Assembly: GCF_009914755.1 (NCBI RefSeq)
Contig: NC_060927.1
DNA length: 64,000 bases
Source: the human T2T-CHM13v2.0 reference genome, Homo sapiens
Reading direction: 5' to 3' (one strand)
Part shown: positions 1-12,212 of the stretch, piece by piece
How the letters are laid out: every line of letters starts with the position of its first letter
How positions within the stretch are numbered: position 1 is the first letter of the stretch
Program-made: the position numbers and the translations under genes
Notes under the pieces: model-generated
Database searches by the model: none
Seen by the model: the letters and a program-made list of their open reading frames with translations, nothing else
What the model was told of the DNA's origin: nothing

Positions 1-2398
1 TTGAGGGACACAAACATTCAGTCCATTGTAGCTTGCTACTTTTTAAAAGCAGAAATGTTCTTATATGCTTGAATGAAGTTTGTTCACTCTTGTATGATTT
101 GCATGCAAGTGGGCACAGAATGAGTTGACTAACCCAGAAGACAGAAGAGAGAAAGAAGGAGCCTGCATCATGTGATAGAAGAAGCACCCATTCTTCAACA
201 TCCCCTAAATATCTTCACTAAAGTAGGGCTCAGAATGGCTGAAATTTCCACTGCAAATTCATCCTCTAGGAAAAGCAACAATTACGTTGTCTTGACACTT
301 GTGTTGCCAATTACATGTCACAAGTAGCTACTTATATACTGAAAATATATGATTTTTAAAGTTATTTACTTTTTAAATTTGTTAGAAAAAGTTTTGTTGT
401 TCAACATATGCACAGAAAATTATAGCAAACATATCTGTACATTTTAAAATGTAGGAAATACTCTGATGTGATCACCTCTTGGTAGGAAATAGGGCAAAGC
501 CTGTACTGAGTGCCTTTCCCAATCTCATCTCCTTCCTTCCTCTCAAAAGACAGTGACTCGACTCATTATCCTGACTTCTGTGGTTTCATTATCTTACTTG
601 TCTTCAGCTTATCATCCATACAGATATCCTTAAATATTATATTTTCAAATTTTGCCCTTTTTAATTTTATGCAAATGGTATCATCCTGTATATATTTTTG
701 ACTAATTTTTTAGCATAGCTATAGCATTAATCTATACTGATGTATAACAGTATTTTATTTTCATGGCTATATATAGTTTTTATTGTATACCCCAATTCAT
801 TTATTCAGTCTATTGTTGATAGGTAATTGAATTATTTCCAGGTTTTTTAGTTACAAAAACAATGCTTCTATGTTCTAAGAATATTGTTCTTGAAAAACAA
901 CTCCTGGTCCACATTTGGAAACAAATCTCTAGGAATAGAACTGTTCATTACTATCTGCTCCTCTCTTATTTCATAAAAATAAAGGGCTGAAGAAGACATT
1001 TACAAGCCTTCTCAAAGCCATTTTTGGCCATGTGACTCAGTTCTTGCTAATGGAGTCTCGTGAAAAGGAGGTAAGACATTTTCTGGTCTAGGCCTTAAAA
1101 AATTGATATATACTTTCCGTATTCTCTCTCCCCTTCCCACACTCTGGGACACAGACATTCCTGCAATCCAGCTGATAGACCATGCAAAAATAGACAATAC
1201 CTAAAAAATGACCAAGTAATGTGATAGAAGAATCATTGATCCTTGAATGACTGTGTAGAAGAAGCCACTTCTAAAACTGGACCATTCACTTGGAACTGTT
1301 GTTATGTTAAATAAAACCATACCCATCAGCAGATTATGAGTTCTCATTATTGTAACTACTCCTTCACATTTGGCATTATTAGTCATTTTTATTTTTATAA
1401 TTTTAGTGAGTGTCAAATGCTATCTCATTGAGTGTTAAGTTACATTTCCCTGACTGCTAATCTTTTTCATGTGATTTTTGCTCGATTTGATTTCTTCTTC
1501 TATGAAGCACATGTTTAAGTCTTTGGGCCATTTCTCTATTTGATTGTCTTTTCCTTAGTAATTTAGAAGAGTTCTTTATAATTTGGGTGAAAGGGCTAGT
1601 CTTCTGTCCATTACATTTTTTGCAAATATCTTTCATTCTCTTTATGATATCTTGGTGAGGTTTTTATCCTAATGAAGTCAAATGTGTTAGATTCTTCTTT
1701 TATTTTTTGTGCTTTCTTTCTTGTTTTGACAATGCATAAGAAATTATTTTCTTCCCCAACATAATAAAGATTTTCACCTAAGTTCTTCAAAAAGCTTTAG
1801 GCCATTACCTTTTGAATTTAGTTCATTAGTTGACTCACTTAAGTTCTGATATGCTTTTTTCCACAGAAGAGTAAAGGGTGGAGTTACAACTGGCAGATGG
1901 GAATTCCAAATAATCATGGGTGTGCCTATGAGCATTTGTAGTTTATGTGAATACCATCATTCATCAGTATTGAGAAGGGAAAAATGAAGTTTGTGAAGAG
2001 CAGGTTGAAGGTATCATCTCCAGAAGTTTCCTTAGTGAGATTTAGTGGGAATAAATGCTAGACATTGGTGTTAGACACATTCTTAGTTACTCATGTACAG
2101 AACAGGCTAGTTCATCAGTGATTCATATGAAAGAGACATGGAGTTCTAACTTTTGGTTAACAAGCTAGACATGCCCCCAACAACGTGACAAGGTTGCTAA
2201 GAAATCTAATGAAATCTCAGCCTCCATTAAGAATACAATGTCCAGAACTCGAGAGATAATATCTCCCCTGTGGCTTGTACTAATTAGATAACAATTAGGC
2301 TCTTGCATCAAATTTCAATGCTACTCTTGAAGAGGTACATAGGCAAACTGGAGTTTATCACAAGAGGAGCAGTCAGGTTGGTGTCAGGGTGGGAAACC

Positions 2399-2400
<2 letters not shown>

Positions 2401-2448
<48 letters not shown>
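2401..2448. repeat. (TG)24 microsatellite
   Basis: Pure TG run. Confidence 0.97.
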
Positions 2449-2452
<4 letters not shown>

Positions 2453-4245
2453 CATATACAACAGTTGATGTGACTGGGAAATCTTAGAATGCAATCGAGT
2501 AGACGTTGATAGGCCATAATAATTGTGTTTAAAAATTTTAAACATTGCCCTATCAAAGAGGTGACACATATTTTGTCTATATTTCTCTAAGTAAACACCA
2601 AGAACCAATGGACAGAAGTTATAAGGAAATAGACTAAGTCTATTAAAAAGAATCTTAATAGCAGTTGGAGAATTTGTCTTAAAAAGAACTGATTAACTCA
2701 GGAAAGTAGTGGTCTCCTTCCCCAATACTGATGGCACTGAAATGGAATCTGAAAGATAATTTATCAAGGATGTTACTGGTATTAGCTAATATGTATTAGT
2801 GCTTACTACTGACAAGGAATATTCCATGCACTCTGCCTGCATTTTCCCATTTAACCCTCACAGCAGCCCTAGAAGATGAGAACTACTTTGTCATTATTCT
2901 CTACATAAAGAGTTTGAAGTTTAAAAGGTTAAATAATTGCCTTTGTAAAAGGCAGAAAGCACATCTATCTTGTGTTCAGAGAGAGAGTTCTCACCCACAC
3001 TGCTTCTCACTTGTCAATCCTGTAAAAAAGATTTGCTGTACTGGGAGAGAAGCCGTACTGTGTGTCCATCCAATTCTGAGGCTACTTGATTCCAACAAAA
3101 TTGAAATGTATTATCTTGGAAGCTAAAACAGTAACGAAAGTAGACAGTGGAAGAAATGGGAAAAGGGACAGGTAAAACTTAATAAGGAAGGGAAAAGTCT
3201 GGAAAGATTGTATGTGCAAGGCACTGGTCCAGGGAAAATACATTCCTGGCTGGTCGTAGACAAGGGATATTGCCTGAAGTTTATATACACGTGAGAGCAA
3301 GGTGATGAGGAGTAGAAGGCAGTAAAGACATGAGACTCATAAAAATTTTTCTTGCCTTAGCAGAGGCATCATTTGGCCATGTCATATGAGGTTCCAAACA
3401 CTGCATTTTGTTAATAGTCAGGAAGAACTAAGGAAAACAAAGAAAGAATTTCATTTCCCCCATCAAGTATCAAGAGTCTTGCAATGAGCTTACTTTCATT
3501 ATTTTTCTTGCAAGTAATTAATACCACTCTTTCCTTACAGAAAGCATTCGCAGAAAGATGGTAATTAGATCCAAATGGACAATTTGTAAGGAGTCATTCA
3601 TGAACGGCTTGATTTAACAAATATTTATGGAGTGTTTACTATTTGTGAAGCATTTTTCTAGACACTGGAGACACAGCAGAAAATAGTATTCCCCTACTCC
3701 TAAAAATAATTACCCCTAAAAATAATTTCCTATATTTTTTGAGTGTATTTTCTGTGGCAGAAAGGCAACACACAAAAAAGATGAATATGTAAAATTTAAG
3801 GTATGCTAAATAGTCATAAGGGCTAATGAGAAAAATAAAGCAAAGAAAGTTGGTATATATGGAGAATTATTGAAATCGTATAGGATTTTAACCAAATATG
3901 CAAATTAAAAAGAAGAGAAGGAAAATGGTCATGAAAGGGGGATGTGTTGAGGCTCATGTGGATTTAGTTCATGCTTATGAATCACAAGTATTGTGAAAGG
4001 TCTTGTAGCAAAACGAAAAGGGCATTAGACACATCACTTCTCTTATTTTATCCTCATTTCCTCATCTTTAAAATGGGAATTCTAATATTAGACCTGTTGG
4101 CCACAAAAATGTGGATGTGTGTCTCTAATGAGTCATTGAATATGAATGCAGTCTTCAAAATGTAAAAGAGTATATACATGTAGCTTCATCTTATCACAAA
4201 AAATAATTTATATTTTCGATCCCCTCTTCTTCTCTGGGTCTCTGA

Positions 4246-4276
<31 letters not shown>

Positions 4277-4372
4277 CATGTGTGTGTGTGTATACACACA
4301 CATATATTTATACATATATACATATATAGTCACAGATGTGTGTGTATATATATATATATACACACATATGTA
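4246..4372. repeat. Compound (TG)n/(TA)n/(CA)n microsatellite
   Basis: About 125 bp of mostly alternating purine-pyrimidine sequence. Confidence 0.92.
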
Positions 4373-5559
4373 AAAATACAAATACAGACAAAAAGAAAGA
4401 AGGAAGAAGAGAGGGAAGAAATTTTCTATTGAAAGAAAGAAAGATACACACATATGTTGGTCCAGTCCATCTTATAAGTCATACAATGTATCTAGTACAA
4501 ACATTCTGACAAGGAATAAGCATATCTGTGGTGGAAACCCAATAGTAGGGTTCTTCGAGTCTCTAAACAGACTAGGGGCAACAGAATTCTTCTGTATTTG
4601 GGTCTCCCTGGATTACTGAAGACTTTGCAGGGCTCTTTTAATCACCTCCTGAAATGCTGGTTTCCTTCCTCCATCCAAGAGACTCGACAAAATGGAACTT
4701 GTCAACTGTGCTTACGGCAATAAATCTCCTTTCCAGCATTTCTCCTGACATTCTAATGCCTTCCTGAACATAATCAAAAGGTCATTTTCCACCTGTATTC
4801 ATCTTCTCCAAGCTGCCTTATATTTCTGCAAATCCAAGTTTCAACAAGTTTGATTTCATTCCTTCTACAGTATTTTATTTGCTTTAACCAAGCTAAAAAT
4901 CCCACTGTCACCCTATGTTGTACTCTAATAGCTTGAATGGGGATTATACTTTTTTGGCTGACTGTATAATGTGGATACATTTTGAAAGCTGAACTGCTCC
5001 TTTTTCTTGAATGACAGAGAATTAAATGCTACCTTTCAGATATTGCCAAAGGATTTCTTATGATTTTGTTTCCCACATCAATTCAATAACTTTCTATGTA
5101 TCAATTGTGCAGAGATCAGCGTTCTCACCTACATACAAAACAATCCCCCAGAAGCCCTCAGACTTGAACAGGCCTTTCGCTGTGCAATCCACTCAGCTGT
5201 AGTCATGCATTTCACAACCCTGTCCACAGTTTCTAGAGGAGCAATTCTATTATCAGAATTTGCGAACTTATGCATTCTTGATTGCTGTGGATTTCTTTTT
5301 AACTAGAAACAGTTGTATTTAATTTTGGTAGGTTCATATTATTGATTTAAGTGCAATCATCGTTTCTAAACAACACTATCAAGAATACAGTGCCATTTAT
5401 AATATACGTTTATTGGGGTGGAAGGTACCAGGAATATCCCCAGAAAAATATATGGGAAAACCTTGGACTTCATCTTGCCAGTGATAATGGCAAGAGACCG
5501 GCCTGTATTTGCTAATTTTGTTTAACATATTTGTGACACTCATCTACCTAAGTCAGTCT

Positions 5560-6300
5560 GTCCACTTCCCTGAAATGAGTCAGCGGCTTATGATTTATTA
5601 ACAAGGCAGGGCTTTGGCCTTTCACTTGGAGGAACAGAATCCCAGGACGATCTGCGGGAACCACAACCTGACCAAGATCTCCTCTACACAAGGCAGGAGC
5701 CATAGTTTACCCGGGGGCCGGTGTCGCCTCAGCCTCCTCCGGGAAAGCTCCGAGACAGCGCATCCAGAGCTAGAGCGCCGCCCACCCAGCGGTCCTGGGT
5801 CAGCTCCGCGGGATGCAGGACAAGGGTCCTCGGCCATCGAAATCACTCTCCGCTCATAAAGACACGGTTCCTTGTAGAGGAAGGATTGGTGTACCATTTG
5901 GGACCCTCCCAATCCCCCAGAAGTATCAATGGCCCTTGCTCCGAACCGCCGGGTGCGGAGACGCACGACAGAGCAAGTGCCCACTGAGAAGAGCAGCGGA
6001 GAGAAGAGGAGAGAGAAAACCAGGAGGGAGAGACTGAGCCCGCTTCCCCGCCTGTCCGGTCTCGGGACCAAACGCATCTCGGGCTGCTGGGCCCCGGAAG
6101 GACGCAAAACTCGGGCAGCAAAGGAAAAAGACCTCCCCTTCGCGGGCCCTGGGGCTGAAGGAAGAACTCGGTTGGAGGAAGGGAGGAGGAAAAGGAAACG
6201 CTCATCTTTTCCCGTTTTGTTTTATGTTTTGGTTTGGTTTGATTTTTCCTCCACTGAGCGCAAAACAGAATCAGCCGCGACTCTGGCTGGCCTGGAGAGC
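5560..6300. promoter_or_regulatory. Orphan CpG-rich island ~13 kb upstream of ALCAM (candidate enhancer or lncRNA promoter)
   Basis: Abrupt GC/CpG-rich segment in AT-rich DNA with no recognisable repeat or coding homology; ATGAGTCAGC (AP-1/NF-E2-like) at 5575-5584. Confidence 0.65.
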
Positions 6301-7074
6301 ATCCATTATTTAATGAAAAACAAGAGATCATTTTTTTTCTTCTTCTTCTTTGAAATAAGTTCAGCAGCACTTCCCTCTCCCTCTCCTCCGTTCTTCTCCC
6401 TTGCCCAATTTACTCTCTCCACCATTTTTACCGTTCCCATGAAATAATTTTCCTCAGGTTTTATGTCTCGTGTATCAGGTTTTCATCTGCTCAAATGCCT
6501 TCAGAACATACTATTCCGCTAATGTGGACTTCCACTCCCAATGTTCCAGTCCTTTCCAGTCCAGGGATTTCTTTAATAGGTGAGGTTTGTCCTTCCCTTC
6601 CTTGGCCCTGTAACAGGAACACACATTTTCATTCCATGCCACTTGCATTCCAACCCCTTGCTGAGTTGCTATTTTGCCTGCAGGCTCTCAGAGAACATCA
6701 AAGGAATTTGGCTTTGACTGTCTTTAGACCCTGGGTTGGTCCCTATGGTGGAGCTGCTCTCTAGATTTGGAATCCGCACATCTTCACTCTTTTCTTTAAA
6801 GCCTATTTCAGTCCCCAGCAATAAAACCATGTAAAATGCTGAGGCAAAGCTGTGAAGGAGGTTAGTTTGACTTATATACTTATATTCTGCACCTCCAACC
6901 CAGCTGTTGCCATTTTCTCTCCCCCCTCTTCTTTTTTCCTCATCTAATTTCTCCTCTTTGTTAGAACTTGAGTTTCTGGCATCCAAAAAGTTAATTCAAC
7001 TTTCTTGAATCAGATATGAGAAAAGAGCTGGAATTTGACATTTTGGCTGTGTTGTAAAGTTGTATCACACAAGC

Positions 7075-8100
7075 ATTCATTCAGCAAACATGCATTGAGC
7101 ACTTACTATGGGCTAGACATTGAGAAGAGGCCAAGGTGCTAAAAACATAAATGAGGTTTCTATTGCATCACCTTCTCTCCTCCCACTGCCTTACTATCTC
7201 TTCCATTATAGCCATCTTTATCATCACCATTTTTTGTAATATTAACTAAGTCCTTAATATATGCCGGACATTGACGTAGGAGCTTTACATGTGTTTTGTC
7301 ATTTCAATAATATAAGGATTATCTGAGATCAGCAGCATATTAGCTCCATTTTGTAGGTGAGAAAACTGAGGATTAAAGAAGCTAAGAAGCTTCCTCAAAT
7401 GCACACATCTAACATGTGTTGATGCAGGGGGTTGTAAACCAGACAGTCTGACTCCAGACTTGTGGTACATCCCTTCTAAGGAGTCACTGTTTTAGTGGAG
7501 GAGTCAGACTTGTAAACAGATAAATGTATCAAAGAGGTAAGTGCTAAAGCTGTAGAAATACAGTGGCAGCAGTGACTAACACTGCCTAGGGGAATCAGGA
7601 AAGGCTTAACAGACAATTTGACATGTGAGGTGGGTCTTGAAATATGAGTGGGAGTAACCCAGTCAAAGGGATGGGAGTGGGAGGTACATTCAGGCTGAGG
7701 GAACCACATATGTAATTAAACGGTTGAGAAAGGCTGCCATGGTATGTTTAGAAAACAGTGAGTGAAGCGTAGAGTTCATGACAGAGTGTTGTGATATGGT
7801 TTGTGAAACCAAAAAGGGGCAAATATACAACTAGGGGCAAGAATGTCAAGGACTCTATAGATCTTGCTATTAAGTGTAGCTTTCATTGTGAAGATTAAAT
7901 GACTCCAGCAGAGATTTTAAAGAAAGGAAGTGACATAATCAAATTTGTCTGTGTCTGTCTGTTTGTGTTAAGATGAGCAGGGGAAGTCTGGAGAATAAAG
8001 AGAAGAGCCAGATGGCAGGGACACTGGTTTTAAACTTGCTATATAGATATGAGAGGTGATGAGGGCCTGGGCTGGGAGTAGTGAAACTGGAAAAAAGGGA
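7075..8100 (-). mobile_element. L2 fragment interrupted by a MIR (~7230-7465)
   Basis: cattcattcagcaaacatgcattgagcacttactatg (antisense L2 3' end) and MIR core ccattttgtaggtgagaaaactgagg. Confidence 0.65.
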
Positions 8101-9084
8101 TTTTTGCTTTCCAAAGAATATTGGCAATAAGACTTCTGTTTCTGGAATAAAAGGCTTTAGGTACAAAGAATTTCATTCAGAACAAGGAGGCCTCTTAAGA
8201 GAGCACCAAACCAGCCCTCTTCCTTTTATAGGTATAGTTAAAGTCTATGAAGCTTAGGAAGATGAAACCACGCAATCAACTAGTGGAAGAATAACAGCCA
8301 CCTTTTATTCAGAGACTACTATTCACACATTTAACATTCTGTAATACATTTGACCCACATAACGACTTTTCAGGGTAAGTACAAAGCTACTCTTAACTGC
8401 GCTCAACAGAAGAGGAAGCTAAAGTCAAAAAGTTGATGAAGGCTACACAGATAGAGACAGAACAGGGATTTAAAATTATAGTTATCTAATCTCGCAATTT
8501 GTGTAGTTTTTATATGCCATGTGCTGAGATTGAAATTTAGGCATCCTTACTCTTAAACTCTGGTTCTCTTCACTAGTCATTGATGCCTTTATACTCTGTT
8601 AAATGCATTTCAAGCATCACTGGGCACACATCCCTGACTGTCTGCCTACTCTACCAATATGCCCTAAAGCAGAATTTATTATGGATTCATTGCCTACCAA
8701 ACACACTAAACAAAATATAATGATGATCTTTTTTAAAACTTGAGGGGTTTTAATGGTGAAAGACAGAGCAAATATAAATGATATTAACATGCAACTACAG
8801 ACATAGATAATCGAAACTTCCTATGGCTTAGACATGAAGGATTAGGGGATATTGAGAAACAGCTAAGGTTTATCAGCACTTTCCTGTCCCAGTGACTTTG
8901 CATGTATTATTTTATTTGAGAAAACTGACTTGGAGAGGTGAAATAACTTTCTCAGTGTCACACAAATTCTAAATAGGTAAGCCAGAACTCAAACTCCAGT
9001 TTATCTGACACCAAACTCAGGCCGTTATGCACTGTGTTGCTGCTGTTACAGTGGCCAGTGAAGACAAAAGTCAGCTCCATGGAC

Positions 9085-9283
9085 CATATTGTACTAATAA
9101 ATGTTTAACAACCAGCACTCAGAGAAAAAGCCTTTATTTGTAGTATTTGGCAATTTCCAATTTCTGCAGGGCATAAATAATGCCACAGTGGCAGATTTCA
9201 AGCTGCCAACATGACATCACTGGAGGCTGCATTGAGAAGAGATGTGCACAATCAGCTCTGGAGAGCCTCCAGCATACAATTGT
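9085..9283. mobile_element. MER63-like hAT relic
   Basis: taaatgtttaacaacc ... gatttcaagctgccaac ... gcacaatcagctct resembles MER63 as I recall it. Confidence 0.5.
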
Positions 9284-10648
9284 ACCATGGAGGAAGAGAT
9301 GCTGGAGCAATATTTTAGAGGCAAAGTGGGAGAGTAGGTAATTTTTGGAGAAAGCTGGGATAATGAATAAAGGCTGGAGCAGGGATTGAATTATTCTTCA
9401 AATAATTATATTTGAAGAAGATAGACAGATTAAACTAAGTGTGGTTAGACCAAATGAAAAGAATGACTTAGGATTGGCTGAGGGCAGCTCCTTCCTTAAA
9501 ATGACCATTCCTAAGAGTTGGCAATTTTCTTGAAGAAGAAGACCAAAATATTGATTTATTCCATCTGAAAATGTTTGTAGGCACTTGTTTTGATGACTGC
9601 AAAAACTGAAAACATACCTCAAAGATTGAAATCAGGAATAGTTGAATACAAAAGATTAACTGATATGAATTTCTGGCTATTAATCTACTTTTTTGTTTCT
9701 TTATAGCAAGGATGACAGCAAACTGATGAAGTTGGTATATTGATGGAAAAATTTATAATAAAATTTAAAAGAATAACTCACCTTCAAAACCTGCTTGTAT
9801 TGTCAAACTGTTTGAGTGTACCTTATATTGACCTTGTATCCAGGGGAAATAAATGTATTTGCAAATACTTCAGATATCTATTTTGTCACTTTATTTCACA
9901 TCTTTCTAAGTATAAAACAACACCAGTGCTTCCGTTATTCCCCACATAATTAGATAATGCATAGGATAGTAAGGAGAAAAAAACATTATCTGGTACCTGC
10001 AAATAATGCGCTCTTTCCCTCTGAGCTGATAATCTAGCCCTTTAAAATAGGAAAGGATGAAAATAAAATTAGGTTTCCCACGTTGCAGTATATTTCTATT
10101 TTCCCCCCGCTAATCAAAAGGTCCCTGTTGTGCACAATCTGGATGGAAAAGCCTATTAGTCCTAAGAATCAAGTAAAAATAATATAAGGAAAATGAAGTG
10201 GATGTCTGTCATTTTTGTGTGCTCACTGGGGAATGATTTTCTGTCCCTGTGATTTTGAGGTGCTGTCAAACATGATGCCCTCCTGCTCCCTGACTACAGG
10301 GGTGGACACAAGACTACCTGATCAATCATGGTACTGGATCTTCTTGTTCACAGTAAATTGCTCAAAAAATGGACCGAGTCAATCAAACCTTTTCCATGAA
10401 GTTTTCTCTGTCTTAAGGATTTCAGTTTCTGTGGCTATAAGCTCAGATCCTCAGGTAACCATGTTTTCAGTAAAGAGGAAGGTGGGCTGTAGCAAAGGAA
10501 ATTGAGAAAATAAAGACAACCAGAGGCACGTGGAGCTAAAATGTGGAAAGAAGGACAAAGACCCTTGAAAACTTTGCTCAAATGCCTGGCTCCTGCTATG
10601 CTTCAACAAATACACACTTCTGGAATTTCTGGTGATTTAAATCAGTAA

Positions 10649-10957
<309 letters not shown>

Positions 10958-11895
10958 TCCCATCTTTGTTTCTTTTGCTTAGGCTGTGTAGAGTTGGGTT
11001 TTGTTGCTTTCATTACAAAAACCACAGAAAAAAAAAATTCCTTACCTGAGGACAAACTCCTGCAGGCTGGCCGGGATTATACAAATAATGTCTCCTTAAC
11101 TTTTAAAATAATGTCTCCTTAACTTTTAAGAAAAGGGGGAAGGAGGTGGTAGTGGGAAATTACTAAGAGCTAAATTTCTTTCTTGGCCTATATTCTAAGA
11201 TAAGCTAATTTATTCTATTTTTGTTTCTCTGACCTATGACTCATCTCTCTTTGGACATCTCTTTCTTTCATTGGCACACAGACCACAATACATTCACTGC
11301 TCATTCTTTGATTCATAAATTATCATGGCTTTATTATTTAGCTCAACATGGTAAGTCTTAACAAAACGGGCCAAAGATAAGGCATTAAGCTGGGAAGAAA
11401 AGAAAGGAGAGAAGAGATGTTGATCATTTTCAAACTGGAAGGACAAATCATCACTAGGAAAAGTTACTTCAACTTAAATTTCACAGCGGGAATTTATGCA
11501 GATGGGGTAGAGCTACCTCAGGATAGAGTAATTTGGGAGTTTTTCTGAGTCCTTCTGGGAAGATCTCAGGAGCTGGAGGCAGTAGGAGGGAAGGCTTGAG
11601 AATAGAAGATGACTCAGCTTCTGGTGTGGGACAAAGCTACTGATATGAGTAACTAAGGCCCACCTTCTCAGTCTGGCTAAATGATGTGATTCCCACCCTG
11701 TATGTGCATCTCAAGCTTCCCCTTGGCGTTCCTTTAGCTTCAGAGGCTACATCTAGTGTTCATTTAATCCCGGCCTCGATATTTGCCTCAGTCCTGAAAA
11801 ATCCAAGGAATAAACATGGACTATGCACTTCTTGAAATGTCTTTGATTCTAGAAAAATTAGTTGAGAAGTACACCATTTGTAGATTCTGTGCGTG

Positions 11896-11928
<33 letters not shown>

Positions 11929-11929
<1 letters not shown>

Positions 11930-12212
11930 ACAGGGACTGGCTCTGTTGCCTAGGCACTATCACAGTTCATGATTCACTGCAGCCTCCACTTCCTGGGCTC
12001 AATCAATCTTTTCACCTCAGCCTCCCAAGTAGCTGAGACTATAGGTGCACACCAACATACCCTCCTAATTTTTTGTTTGTTTGGTTGGTTTTGTAGGAAC
12101 TGTAGGAACGAGGTTTCCTTATGTTGCCCAGGCTGGTCTCAAACTCGTGGGCTCAAGAGAGCCTCCCAAAGGGTTGGGATTATAGGTATGAGACACTGCA
12201 ACTGCACCAGTT
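11929..12212 (-). mobile_element. Diverged Alu (AluJ-type) with a (TG)n microsatellite at the tail position
   Basis: Antisense Alu motifs with J-type features (cactgcagcctc, gggctcaa); (TG)n at 11888-11928. Confidence 0.85.

Noticed and set aside
6053-6070. Minus-strand tggtcccgagaccggaca resembling a tRNA-His/Phe primer-binding site
   Set aside because: Only a partial match, with no adjacent LTR ending in CA and no gag-like sequence recognised.
5614-6447. ORFs of 161-175 aa in the upstream CpG island
   Set aside because: They overlap on both strands with low-complexity composition and no recognisable homology; GC artefact.
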